Part shown: positions 31,075 to 41,126 of the stretch, one piece after another
How the letters are laid out: every line of letters starts with the position of its first letter
How positions within the stretch are numbered: the stretch's first letter is position 1
DNA from: an uncultured delta proteobacterium
GTDB lineage: Bacteria > Desulfobacterota > Binatia > UBA9968
Reading direction: 5' to 3'
NCBI GenBank assembly: GCA_963760795.1
Contig: CAVXEP010000015.1
Span: 96,001 to 160,000, forward strand
Length of the DNA: 64,000 nt
Position numbers and translations under genes: made by a program
The notes under the pieces: model-generated
The model's database searches: none
Told to the model about the DNA's origin: nothing
Seen by the model: the letters and a program-made list of their open reading frames with translations, nothing else

Positions 31075-32175
31075 CTATTTCTCCCTGATTCCGTAGAATT
31101 GGATCGCATTCTCATACAAGATCGCGCCTTTTTCCGCTTCCGACAGTTCGCCATTTTCAATCAACTCGTTCAACTCTTTCTTGCAGGTCGCGGCGTTGAC
31201 CTCATGTGGAAAGTCGCTCGAATACATGAATGGCTCGTTGCCGACCATCTGCACTGCTTTACCGATTAACGGCTCGCCGCCTTCGCAGCCGACGAAGATG
31301 CGCCGCGCTTTGACATGGCGGATGATGTAGTCGCTGACTTTCTCACCGGGCTGTAGTCTTAAATAACTGCCGCGCAAATCGCGCATCACATGAGTATCGT
31401 AGGATCGATCGAAGCGTTCCAGGCAGAAAAGCAACCAGGCGACGCCGCCTTCGAGAAAGCCGAAACGAATCTTCGGGAACCTCTCCAGGACTCCGTTGAA
31501 GACCAGCGACGCCAGCGAGATCATTTGTCCCAACGGATGGCCAATGGCGTGTACCGCCGCGTAGGGATCGAGGCCGTCCATACCCATGTTGCCATGCACA
31601 CCGCCATGGATGGCGACGCAGCAACCGAGTTCATTGGCAGCTTGATAAACCGGGAAATAGGTCGGCGTACCCAGCGGCGGCGCGTGCAAACTATTCGACG
31701 GCAGCACTGCGCCGCACATGCCGAGCTTGATCACAGCACGGCTAAGCTCATCGGCCGCCGCGCGCGCATTGATCAGCGATTGCGGCAAGAGCGCTAGACC
31801 GCAAAAACGCGGACTATGCTGTAAATAGGTCTCGTACATCCAATCGTTGTATGCCCGCGTAGCATCGACCGCCCAGTCGGGATTGACGATATTCGCCGAG
31901 GCCACGCCCGCGGTCGGATAGAGCACCGTCGTGTCGATGCCGACTTCGTCCAAGAACGCCAACCACTCCTGCGGCCCGACTTTGCGGTTAAACGCCCCCG
32001 GTGGCATGTCGACCAGATGCCCCGCGTGCAAATGATCGAAGGGCGGAAACGGATTGAATGGCTGCGCTTTCGCCTTCTCCCGATACGCCTTCGGCATCCG
32101 CGCAATGATCGCCGCTGAATCCTCGGCTACGTGGCCGTCGGCGTCGATGATCTGCCGCTGCTCATTTGTCACCAT
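31075..32175 (-). CDS. Amidohydrolase_2 family (ACMSD-like hydrolase/decarboxylase)
   Basis: IIDADGH, AYNDW, AIHG, FLEGG, YSSDFPH; AGGAGG RBS. Confidence 0.92.
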   Translation of the reverse strand: MVTNEQRQIIDADGHVAEDSAAIIARMPKAYREKAKAQPFNPFPPFDHLHAGHLVDMPPGAFNRKVGPQEWLAFLDEVGIDTTVLYPTAGVASANIVNPDWAVDATRAYNDWMYETYLQHSPRFCGLALLPQSLINARAAADELSRAVIKLGMCGAVLPSNSLHAPPLGTPTYFPVYQAANELGCCVAIHGGVHGNMGMDGLDPYAAVHAIGHPLGQMISLASLVFNGVLERFPKIRFGFLEGGVAWLLFCLERFDRSYDTHVMRDLRGSYLRLQPGEKVSDYIIRHVKARRIFVGCEGGEPLIGKAVQMVGNEPFMYSSDFPHEVNAATCKKELNELIENGELSEAEKGAILYENAIQFYGIREK

Positions 32176-32407
32176 TGTTACACCTCCTACGCCTTTCGTC
32201 AGCGTTCCTTCTCCCGTCTGATACTGTGTTGTTATTGTCATTCCGAGGCCCTTCGACTCCGCTCAGTCTCGTCTCGCGGGAAGGAAAAATACCCAGTGCC
32301 CTTCATGAGATAGCAAACCCCACTCCCCACACGCAACGTCTTTCACGATTGCGCCGATCGTTAGGCCTGTCGTATAGAAGCAATGAGCAAAACCCGGAGG
32401 TCATTCA

Positions 32408-33343
32408 ATGAAAATCATGGTCGTCGGCAGCAGCGGCTACATCGGCCGCCACGTGGTGAAAAACCTGGCGGCTCAAGGCGCCGAAGTCGTCGCCTTCGAC
32501 CTCGTGCCCGCGCCGGCGCAGTGGTCGCTGCCTGGCGTGCCGTTCATCCAAGGCAACATGACTAATCTCGAAGAAGTCATGTCGGCGGTATTGGAGAATG
32601 GCATTCAGCGCATGGTCGCGCTGGGCTACTACATGACGCCGCTGCTCTCGCCCGAATGCCGCGATCTGTTGAACGCCGCCCGCGTCAACATCATTGGCGT
32701 GACCAATCTGTTCGAAGCCGCGCGCTTGGCAAAAATCCAGCGCGTCATCTTCGCCAGCACCGTCGGTATCTTCGGCTACCAAGACGGTTACGGCTCCGAG
32801 CCGATCGATGAGAACACCGAATCGCGCGCGCCAAAAAGCCTTTACGGCCTGATGAAGCTGGTCAACAATGGTTTAGCCGAGCGCTACACCAAGACTTACG
32901 GTGTCCAGATCGTCAAAGTCCACTCCGCCGCAGTCATCGGCCCCGGCAACACTGCATTTTCGAAACGGATGATCCAAGATCCCGCTCTCGGCAAACCCGG
33001 CTTCGCCAACTGGCCGTCCAACGGCCCGCGCAACATCGTCGGCGTCGGCGACATCGCCCAGCTCTACACCAAGATGGCGCTGGCGAGCGAGGTGAAACAA
33101 GACACCTACATGGGCACCGGCCCAAGCCCAACCGGTAAAGATCTCGCCACCCTCGTCAAGAAATATCTACCCAGCGCCGAAATCACCTTCGACGAAAAAG
33201 CCCGTATTCCAGCCTGGAACTTCAACAACTCTAAGGCCATGAACGAATTCGATTGGAAGATTCAATCGGTAGAGGAAATGGTATTGGATGAAATCAATGG
33301 CACAAGGCAAGCGGCAGGATTGTTACGAGTTGGCGCTTCGTAG
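32408..33343 (+). CDS. NAD-dependent epimerase/dehydratase (extended SDR)
   Basis: GSSGYIG, FAST, YGLMK. Confidence 0.9.
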   Translation: MKIMVVGSSGYIGRHVVKNLAAQGAEVVAFDLVPAPAQWSLPGVPFIQGNMTNLEEVMSAVLENGIQRMVALGYYMTPLLSPECRDLLNAARVNIIGVTNLFEAARLAKIQRVIFASTVGIFGYQDGYGSEPIDENTESRAPKSLYGLMKLVNNGLAERYTKTYGVQIVKVHSAAVIGPGNTAFSKRMIQDPALGKPGFANWPSNGPRNIVGVGDIAQLYTKMALASEVKQDTYMGTGPSPTGKDLATLVKKYLPSAEITFDEKARIPAWNFNNSKAMNEFDWKIQSVEEMVLDEINGTRQAAGLLRVGAS

Positions 33344-33420
33344 GATGGGTGGAGCGAAGCGATAGCCATCACCTCAGAAGACGATGGGTATCGGCACAAG
33401 ATGCCTCCACCCATCCTAGG
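33339..33420. repeat. GTAG-type REP inverted doublet
   Basis: cgtaggatgggtggagcgaagcgatagccatc ... gatgggtatcg...ctccacccatcctag. Confidence 0.8.
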
Positions 33421-33622
33421 GGACTAAATCCCACCGCTGCGGATTGTCCCACAGAGTCTCGCGCGGCAAATTCGCGGCCAGATCCTTGCAATCATGAACC
33501 TCGTTTACCTCTTCTCGGATATGACAGCCAGCGTCGGTGATCGGAATTTTAATCATTCAAACCTCCAGCCAAGTACAGTCTCACCGATCATGCATGCATC
33601 TCTGTTTACGACGTTGTCCCGT

Positions 33623-33746
33623 GTAGGGGCAACCCCCTGTGGTTGCCCTTCGGGAGGATAAGCGGGGGGCCGGCCTTCAATGAATTAAGTCTTGAGTTGT
33701 GGAGTTTGGCGTCTGGCGTTCCGCGAACTCCAAACCCTAGACGCTA
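33623..33746. repeat. GTAG REP plus inverted 7-nt array
   Basis: gtaggggcaaccccctgtggttgccct; ggagtttggcgtctggcgtt / aactccaaaccctagacgc. Confidence 0.7.
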
Positions 33747-33791
33747 ATCCGAGTTGAAATAATCGCGAGATTCTATAGAAAAGACAAACCT

Positions 33792-34448
33792 ATGAACTGG
33801 CACGACCCCGTAGATTTCGAAGCCGGCAACCACGGCAATAAACCTTTTTCCATCCGTATCCCATCGCTGGTCGTCACCCGCGGCAAAAACGATCGCTTGA
33901 ACTTTTTGACCGCCATGTGGTTCACCCCCACCGGCGCCGAGCCGTCGCGCATGATCGTGGCGATTCAGAAAAAAACTTTGACTTACGACTTCCTGCTGGA
34001 GCGCGGCGAGTTCGTCATGAGCGCGCCCACCGACAAGATGATGGACGTGGTGGTTTTCGCCGGCTACATTTCCGGCCATGATGTCGACAAGTGGGCGGCG
34101 GCCAAGCTCACCGCGGTCACGCCGTCGAAAGTCTCCGTGCCGCTGATCGGCGAAGCGATCGGCAACGTCGAATACAAAGTCGTCAAGCAGATCCCTTTCG
34201 ACGACGGCATGGACTTGTTCGTCGGCGAAGTCCTCGCCACGCATATCCGCAAAGGCGTCATGGAAGGCGAGCTCTATCGCGAGGACGCCAACCCGCTGCT
34301 CTACATGGGGACGAAATATGACGAGCAAGGCAAATCCACCGGCAAATACTACGCCCATCTGCAAGGCGTCGGCAAAGCCGATTACGATTCGCCGCTGTTG
34401 AAAGAATACCTATCGCGTCCCAAACGCCGGCCGGAGAAAACCGACTGA
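33792..34448 (+). CDS. Flavin reductase-like family protein
   Basis: NFLTAMWFTP, SGHDVDKW, VPLIGEA, LFVGEV. Confidence 0.88.
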   Translation: MNWHDPVDFEAGNHGNKPFSIRIPSLVVTRGKNDRLNFLTAMWFTPTGAEPSRMIVAIQKKTLTYDFLLERGEFVMSAPTDKMMDVVVFAGYISGHDVDKWAAAKLTAVTPSKVSVPLIGEAIGNVEYKVVKQIPFDDGMDLFVGEVLATHIRKGVMEGELYREDANPLLYMGTKYDEQGKSTGKYYAHLQGVGKADYDSPLLKEYLSRPKRRPEKTD

Positions 34449-34469
34449 GCCGGGATTTCCAATCGAACC

Positions 34470-35453
34470 ATGAAGCGGAATATCACTATCCTGACTATTT
34501 TGTTTGTCGCACTCGTCTGCGCCGCTACAGTCAGCGTTCACGCCCAGGAGCGCGAGAAGCTGCGCGTCAGCACGCTGTTCATCGGCTCGTCCCTAGTGCC
34601 GTTCTGGATCGGCCAGGAGCAGGGAATCTTCGCCAAGCATGGCATCGACGTCGAACTGATCTGGATGCAGTCCAATCTGTCCACCGCGGCGCTGCTCGCC
34701 GGCGAAGTCGATACCGCCTTCGGCACGCCGCAGTCGCTATTCGCCGTGCTCGCGGCGAAAAACCCGCCGCCGTTGACCACCATCGGCGCATGGGGTTCCG
34801 CTTCGGAGCATTGGTTGGTGGTCAATGCGGCAATCAAATCCGGCAAGGATTTAGAAGGCAAAATCATCGGCGTCAGCCGGCCGCGCTCGGCCGACCACGG
34901 CTACACCACGGTCATTCTCGAACGCATGGGCATCGATCCGCGCAAGATCACGTTTCTATCAACCGGCGGTCAGGGACAGCGCGCTGCAGCCGTGGAGGCG
35001 GGAACCACGATGGGCAGCTCGTTCAACCGCTATTACACTCTCCAGCTTAAACGAAAGGGGTTTCGCGATCTGGCCAAACTCGAACGACCCGACTATCCGT
35101 TTCCGCCGTCGATCTTCGTCGCCAAGAAAGACACGCTGCAAAACAAACGGCGCGCTTTCAAATCCCTGCTCACAGCCATGATGGAGGCGTCGGAACGGCA
35201 GAAGAGCAACAAGGAACTTTCGCTGCGGCTGATCCGCAAACATTTACGCATTCAGAATCCCGAAGTCGTCGAGACGGCCTATGAAGATGGCATCACGCTG
35301 AGCTATCCTTATTTCACCGAGCGGCAGTTCAAAATCTCCCTTGAGCTGCTCGAAAAAAGCATGGAGCAGCCGGTACAGCTCACCTATAAACAAGTGATCG
35401 ATCACAGCATCCTCGACGAAATTAACCGGCCAGGAATGAACCGGCCCAACTGA
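34470..35453 (+). CDS. ABC substrate-binding protein (NMT1-like)
   Basis: Signal peptide; GIFAKHGIDV, DLEGKIIGVS. Confidence 0.88.
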   Translation: MKRNITILTILFVALVCAATVSVHAQEREKLRVSTLFIGSSLVPFWIGQEQGIFAKHGIDVELIWMQSNLSTAALLAGEVDTAFGTPQSLFAVLAAKNPPPLTTIGAWGSASEHWLVVNAAIKSGKDLEGKIIGVSRPRSADHGYTTVILERMGIDPRKITFLSTGGQGQRAAAVEAGTTMGSSFNRYYTLQLKRKGFRDLAKLERPDYPFPPSIFVAKKDTLQNKRRAFKSLLTAMMEASERQKSNKELSLRLIRKHLRIQNPEVVETAYEDGITLSYPYFTERQFKISLELLEKSMEQPVQLTYKQVIDHSILDEINRPGMNRPN

Positions 35454-35530
35454 TCCGCCGGGCGGATCGGTTGCAGCCATTGGCGCTGTGAAATAGACTC
35501 CAAGGCCGTGAGAAATAGGAGTATTACGCT

Positions 35531-36628
35531 ATGAGATTTTCGCTCAAACTCGCCGCTATCGCCGTCGCCATGCTGACAACGCTGGCTGCCGGCAACTTCG
35601 CAATGGCTCAGACCTCCGAGGACCTTTGGAAATCTCTTGAGAAACTTCCCGCCGCCGAGCGCGAGAAAAAGCTCCTCGAAGGCGCCAAAAAAGAAGGCGA
35701 GATGGTGTGGTACACCAACTCGGGCATCGAGAACGCGACCCGCTACATCCAAGGTTTCAAGAAAAAATACCCGTCCATCAACGCCAACTTCTGGCGCTCA
35801 AAGACGCGCCAGGTGACCCAAAGAATCGTAGCGGAAGCCAACGCCGGCAAACACCTGGTCGACGTCATCAAACCGTCCACCGACCTCCTGCCGATTTTAC
35901 TCGAACGCAACTTAATCGGTAAATACGACACGCCGCTGCGGGCGATCTATCCGGCCCATGCCAAGTCGCCGTTTTACACCAACATGAACTACGCCTTCCG
36001 AGTGTTCGCCTTCAATCCGCGCAAGGTCAACGCCAAGGACGCGCCAAAGAGTTGGGACGACTTGCTCCAACCCAGGTGGAAAAATGAGATTCTCTTTGAC
36101 GAATCTTCGCTCGAAGAAGTCATGGCGATGCTCGGCGCCTGGGGCAAAGATCGAACGGTGAATTATTTAACCAGACTGACGCAGCAAAATCTCATGATCC
36201 GCGTCGGCCGCGATACCACGACGCAAATGATGATGGCCGGCGAGGGCAACCTCGCGGTGACGACTTACGCCTACAACAACGAAGGGCTGCGCGCGGCGAA
36301 TGCACCGGTCGATTGGGTCGCGGAGGATTTGATCCCCGCCTTGATTTATCCGCTCACTTTGGCGCGCAATGCCCCACATCCTCATGCCGCTGCGCTTTTT
36401 TACGACTATTTGATCTCGGAAGAAGGCCAACGCTTGATCGCCAGAGAAGGCCGCGTCGTCGCCCATCCCAAAGTCGAGCCGATCTATCCGCGCATGAAGG
36501 AGCTGCAAAATCTGCTCGGCACGCCGCGCATCCAACTCAACACACTGGAGCAAAATGCCAAGCTGTTGAAAGACGGCGTGCAGATCCTCGACGAAGTCGT
36601 TTTGAAGCGAAAATCTTCAGGGCACTAA
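35531..36628 (+). CDS. Extracellular solute-binding protein (AfuA/FbpA-like)
   Basis: GAKKEG, PKSWDDLL, APHPHAA.LF.DY.ISEEGQ. Confidence 0.88.
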   Translation: MRFSLKLAAIAVAMLTTLAAGNFAMAQTSEDLWKSLEKLPAAEREKKLLEGAKKEGEMVWYTNSGIENATRYIQGFKKKYPSINANFWRSKTRQVTQRIVAEANAGKHLVDVIKPSTDLLPILLERNLIGKYDTPLRAIYPAHAKSPFYTNMNYAFRVFAFNPRKVNAKDAPKSWDDLLQPRWKNEILFDESSLEEVMAMLGAWGKDRTVNYLTRLTQQNLMIRVGRDTTTQMMMAGEGNLAVTTYAYNNEGLRAANAPVDWVAEDLIPALIYPLTLARNAPHPHAAALFYDYLISEEGQRLIAREGRVVAHPKVEPIYPRMKELQNLLGTPRIQLNTLEQNAKLLKDGVQILDEVVLKRKSSGH

Positions 36629-36640
36629 ACGGAGAAGTTT

Positions 36641-37537
36641 ATGTTTCAAGCTGAGACCCTCGACCATGTCGCCTTCCCGGTGCGCGATCTGCCGCGTTCG
36701 GAGAAGTTTTATTTGGAAACCGTCGGTCTGGCATTCATGACCCGGCGCAAAAACGCCGACGGCTCGCCGCGCCATACTTATATGAAGGCCGGCGAGAACA
36801 TCGTTGGCTTGACCTTGCCGGGCGTCGCCGTGCCGGCATCGGCGAGCGGCGCGCCGCGTTACGCTCTGGCCATGCCGGATGAGCCGAGCTTTACTGCCGC
36901 GGTCGAGAGAATTCGTTCCAGCGGCGTGAAATGTTTCGATGTCGAGAGTCCCCCAACGGATTCCCCGATCGTCAAGGCGTTTCAGTTCATCGATCCCGAC
37001 GACAACCAGATCGAACTTTGCGTGCGCCGCCAACCGCTGGCGGCCAAGGACGGTATTAGCCATGTGATTTTCGAAACCGCCAACCTCGCCCGCGCGAAGA
37101 AGTTTTACACCGAAGCGCTGGGGCTAAAGCTTATCGGCGAAGTGCGCGGTGAAACGCTATTCGAATTTCAAAACGGCCAAATGGTCGGCGTCAAGGAAGT
37201 CAAAGAACTGTCCGAACGGACCAAAAAGAAAGGCCGCGCCTGCCATGTCGCCTTCAACGTCAGCCAGGAAGATTACGACGTGATGCTCGAACGCATACCA
37301 AAACTGGAAGGTAGATCACTCGGCGACTTCCGCGCCACCGACGGCCTGCGCCCGGACGGCGAACGAAGCATTTACTTCTTCGACCCCGACACCAATTATT
37401 TACAAATCACCGCCCTCGGCGACAAAGAGGCGGGCATGATCTCCGACGAAGAGAAATGGAAACTCACCGTCGAAAATCGCCAAAAGCAGGGCCGCGGCAT
37501 CTCTAGCTTCGATAAAGGTGTAAAGATTCAGAAATAG
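36641..37537 (+). CDS. Two-domain VOC/glyoxalase family protein
   Basis: DHVAF..FY..., DPDDNQIEL; SHVI, HVAF, YFFDPDTN. Confidence 0.88.
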   Translation: MFQAETLDHVAFPVRDLPRSEKFYLETVGLAFMTRRKNADGSPRHTYMKAGENIVGLTLPGVAVPASASGAPRYALAMPDEPSFTAAVERIRSSGVKCFDVESPPTDSPIVKAFQFIDPDDNQIELCVRRQPLAAKDGISHVIFETANLARAKKFYTEALGLKLIGEVRGETLFEFQNGQMVGVKEVKELSERTKKKGRACHVAFNVSQEDYDVMLERIPKLEGRSLGDFRATDGLRPDGERSIYFFDPDTNYLQITALGDKEAGMISDEEKWKLTVENRQKQGRGISSFDKGVKIQK

Positions 37538-37541
37538 CTTC

Positions 37542-37615
37542 TCACCACGAAGGACACGAAGATCACGAAGTTCGGAATATTATTTTTCCGAAACCTTCGT
37601 GCTCTTCGTGGCGAA
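37542..37615. repeat. Inverted array of 9-nt CACGAAGNN repeats
   Basis: caccacgaaggacacgaagatcacgaag ... cttcgtgctcttcgtggcg. Confidence 0.85.
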
Positions 37616-37649
37616 TTTTCCATTTTGACATTCTCGCAAAGGAAGGCCC

Positions 37650-38841
37650 GTGGCATTAGAAAAACCGATCATCCCAACCTTCTCCATGAAAGAACGCGAC
37701 CGGCGCTGGTCGCTGCTGCGCGCGGCCATGGCGCAGGCCAATTTCGACGCGCTCATCGCCTTGCCCCACGAGGGCCATTGGGACCAGTTCGGCTGCGACA
37801 CGCGTTACATCACCCAAATCGGCGGCACTCAAACTGAAGTAGGCTGCGTGATGCCCTTCGAAGCCGATGTCACCGCCGTGGTGCGGGGCGAAAACGAAAT
37901 CGAATGGTGGGGCCTGGCACAAGAATGGGTAACAGACATTCGTCCATCGCGCCGTTCCTATGGCGAACCGGTCATCGACCGCTTGAAAGAAGTTCGCGCC
38001 GAGCGCGTCGGCGTCGTCGCCCTCTCGGGCATGGTACGCGCCCCGGAAGGCGTCGTGCCCTGGGGAACCTTTGAAAAGATTCGCACGGCGCTGCCGAACG
38101 TCAAGTTCGCCAACGCCACCGATGTCATGCAAGAAGTACGCTCGGTGAAAAGCGCCGAAGAAGTCGAGTTTCATTGAGAACGCCGCGGAGATCATCGGCC
38201 ATGCCAATGAAGTCTTGATCCAACACGCCAAGGTCGGAGTTGGCGAACATGAGCTGATCGCCGAAATGCTGCGCGAAGTGGTGCGCCGCGGCGGCGAACC
38301 GATTACCATGATGCTGTTCGGCACCGGCGGGCCGGAAGTGCCCTGGGCGCAGCGCGTGTTCACGACAAGAAAACTCAAAGCCGGCGACTTGATCAACACC
38401 GAGGTCGAAGGCAAATACGCCGGCTACATCGCCCAGGCATTGCAACCGATTTCCCTCGGACCAAAGCCAAAAGAATTGGAGAAAATCTACGACGCCACCA
38501 AAGTCATTTTCGACCGCATGTTGAAATTTCTGAAACCCGGCATCAGCTTCGGTGCGGTCGCGAAGTTTTACCAGGACGAAGTCGCCGCCGCCGGCTACGA
38601 ACCCGACGGCGCGCTCATGCACGGGCGCGGTTTGGGCGAAGACGCGCCGATGCTCTGGGGCGCGCGCAAGGATTTTCCCGAAAAAGATCAGCGATTGAAA
38701 GAAGGTCATGTGTTCATCCTGAAGCCCGCCTGCAAACAGGGCTTCATGCGCGACTCCATCCGCGCCGGCGACACCGTGGCCATCGAAGCGAGCGGCGCGC
38801 GCCGGCTGGGCAAGCGAGATTTGACATTTGTCGCGGTCTAA
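37650..38841 (+). CDS. M24/creatinase-fold protein (frameshift near 38172)
   Basis: Creatinase_N-like ERDRRW, RSVKSAEE linker, pita-bread HGRG. Confidence 0.85.
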
Positions 38842-38877
38842 ACATTAGATGCGGTAATTCCCAAACGGAGGATTTCT

Positions 38878-39465
38878 ATGAGCGATGAAAACATCAACCC
38901 CGATGCGCCGCTGCATATTCGCGGCTTGAATCATTTAACCATTCCCGTCAAAGAGCGCTATCGCGCTGCGCGCTTTTACATCGTCGCCCTGGGCGCGGAG
39001 GCGCACCATGAGTCGGCGCCCGATCGTGTCGCCAAGGGCCTATCACGGTCACTTCAATTTGGCGTACGCATGGCGGCCAATTTCGAGATCGATCTTTTCG
39101 AACAAGAGTTTGGCCAACCCGACTGGAACCAGTCTCATCCTCATGTGGCTCTCGATACTTCCGCCGACGACCTTGAAAAATGGGCCGAGCATTTCAATAA
39201 ATGGCGGATTCCGTTCGTCGGCCCAGTGACCCGCTCGGGAACCAAAGGCGCGGAGATCTATTTCAACGACCCCGACGGCAATCATCTCGAGGTTCATTGC
39301 TCCGACGTCCCTGAAGAGAAGCGCAGCAAGTACCACGTCGGCCCCTACGACAAGAGCCTATGCGTCCACAAAGAAGAATGGCCGCCGAAAGAATTAGCCG
39401 ATGAAGCGGAGCGATTATTCCAAGCCTCGATCACGCGTATGCGCGCGCGTCGAAAACCGCACTGA
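38878..39465 (+). CDS. VOC family protein
   Basis: LNHL, HPHVAL, IYFNDPDGNHLE. Confidence 0.9.
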   Translation: MSDENINPDAPLHIRGLNHLTIPVKERYRAARFYIVALGAEAHHESAPDRVAKGLSRSLQFGVRMAANFEIDLFEQEFGQPDWNQSHPHVALDTSADDLEKWAEHFNKWRIPFVGPVTRSGTKGAEIYFNDPDGNHLEVHCSDVPEEKRSKYHVGPYDKSLCVHKEEWPPKELADEAERLFQASITRMRARRKPH

Positions 39466-39492
39466 GACTGGTAGGCAAGTCCGAAAGAATTC

Positions 39493-39598
39493 TTCACCAC
39501 GAAGACACGAAGAGCACGAAGTTCGAAAAATTATTGGTCTCGAATCCTTCGTGTCCTTCGTGACCTTACGTGTTGAACAACTTGAACGACTTAAACGA
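39493..39598. repeat. Inverted 9-nt CACGAAG array followed by TTGAAC arm
   Basis: caccacgaagacacgaagagcacgaag ... cttcgtgtccttcgtg; ttgaacaacttgaacg. Confidence 0.85.
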
Positions 39599-39608
39599 AA
39601 GATTTTCC

Positions 39609-40832
39609 ATGTCCGAGCTGTACCCCTACCCTCGCTTCTCCCTCGCCGAACGCGACCGCCGCTGGCAAGCAGTGCGGGCGAAAAGATGGCCGAGCAAAAC
39701 CTCGACGTCATCGTCACGCCGCAGAACACCGGCCATTCCATGGACTTTCAAGCCAACACCCGCTACTTGACCCATTGCGGCGGCGGCGGCGATGCCGACA
39801 TCGCCGCGGTGTTTCCCTTGCATGGCGCGGTCACGGCCATCGCCACCTCGGCCAATCCGCGCTGGACCACCACGCAGGAGTGGACAACCGATGTTCGCGA
39901 AGCGCGCCGCGAGTACGGCAAGATCATCGTCGAGCGCTTGAAAGAATTAAAGGTCGATCACGGCCGTATCGGCATTACCGGACTGGGCGAGGTCGAGGGC
40001 ACGCGCACGCCCGAAGGAACGATCCTGCACGGCACCTGGCAAAGAATCCGCGACGCCTTTCCTAATGCTCAACTCGTCGACGCAACGCCGATCCTGGTCG
40101 AGGTGCGCTACATCAAGAGCGCCGAAGAAATCCAAGTGTTGACGCAATCGATGGCGATAGTCGAAGAGGGGTACAAGGCGGAGATTGAAGCGGCCAGAGC
40201 CCGGCGTCCGAGACTGGGATGTTTGGGCCGCGGCGCAGTACGGCATGATGCGCAACGGCTCGGAGATGCCGGTGCACTGCAACTGGATCTCCGGCAAGAA
40301 TCCCGTGCGCACCCTCACCCGCCCGAGCATGCGCCTGCTCGAGCACGGCGACTTGATCATCAATGAACTGGAAGCGAACTGGGTCGGCTACCGCGCCCAA
40401 GGCGTGCAGCCGGTTTTTGTCGGCGCGGTCAATCCGGTGCATCAAGAACTGATCAAAGTCCAGCGCGAAATTTTCAACCGCGTCATGGAACATTTGAAAC
40501 CCGGCGTCACAGTAAAGGAGCTGGCCGAACTGACGATCAAGACCGCCGAAAGCGCCGCGCCCAAATCCGGTCCGGCGGCGGGAGCGCGCGGCGATTTGAA
40601 TATGCATGGCCGCGGCGCCGGCGACGACGGCCCGATTATCACCGCCCATGCCAAGAGCCCGCGCCAACTCGGCGTCACGCTGCAAGAAAATATGGTCTAC
40701 ATCTTCAAACCGTCGGCGGTCGCCGCCGACGGCCAATCCCTCAGCACCTGGGGCGACACCATCGTCGTCACCGCCAGCGGCGGCAAACGCCTCGGCAAAC
40801 GGCCCCATGATTTAGCGGTGTCGGGTGGTTAG
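39609..40832 (+). CDS. M24/creatinase-fold protein, paralog (frameshifts near 39683 and 40195)
   Basis: ERDRRW, RYIKSAEE, HGRGAG, WGDT across three frames. Confidence 0.83.
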
Positions 40833-40844
40833 TGAATTCTCGGC

Positions 40845-41080
40845 TTCACCGCGAAGAGCGGCAGAGCCGCAACCAAAAAGAAGAATGGCCGCAAAGAACG
40901 CAAAGGGCGCAAAAATTATCGGGAGTTGTAGGGGCGGGTCTTAAACCCGCCCTCTTGGCTTTGGCGCATCGAGAAATTTGCGTAAGCCGCGCAAATTGTC
41001 ATGGATAGTCATACGAAGAGCACGAGGATGGGAAAAATATTTCAGAAACCTTCGTGTCCTTCGTGTCCTTCGTGGTGAAA
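40845..41080. repeat. Nested repeat mosaic (CACGAAG arms enclosing CGCAAAG array and GTAG REP)
   Basis: ttcaccgcgaag ... cgcaaagaacgcaaagggcgcaaa ... gtaggggcgggtcttaaacccgccc ... cttcgtgtccttcgtggtgaa. Confidence 0.75.
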
Positions 41081-41126
41081 ATTTCTTCCATAGTTAGCCG
41101 CGGCACCGACAACTTCGAAACCGCTC

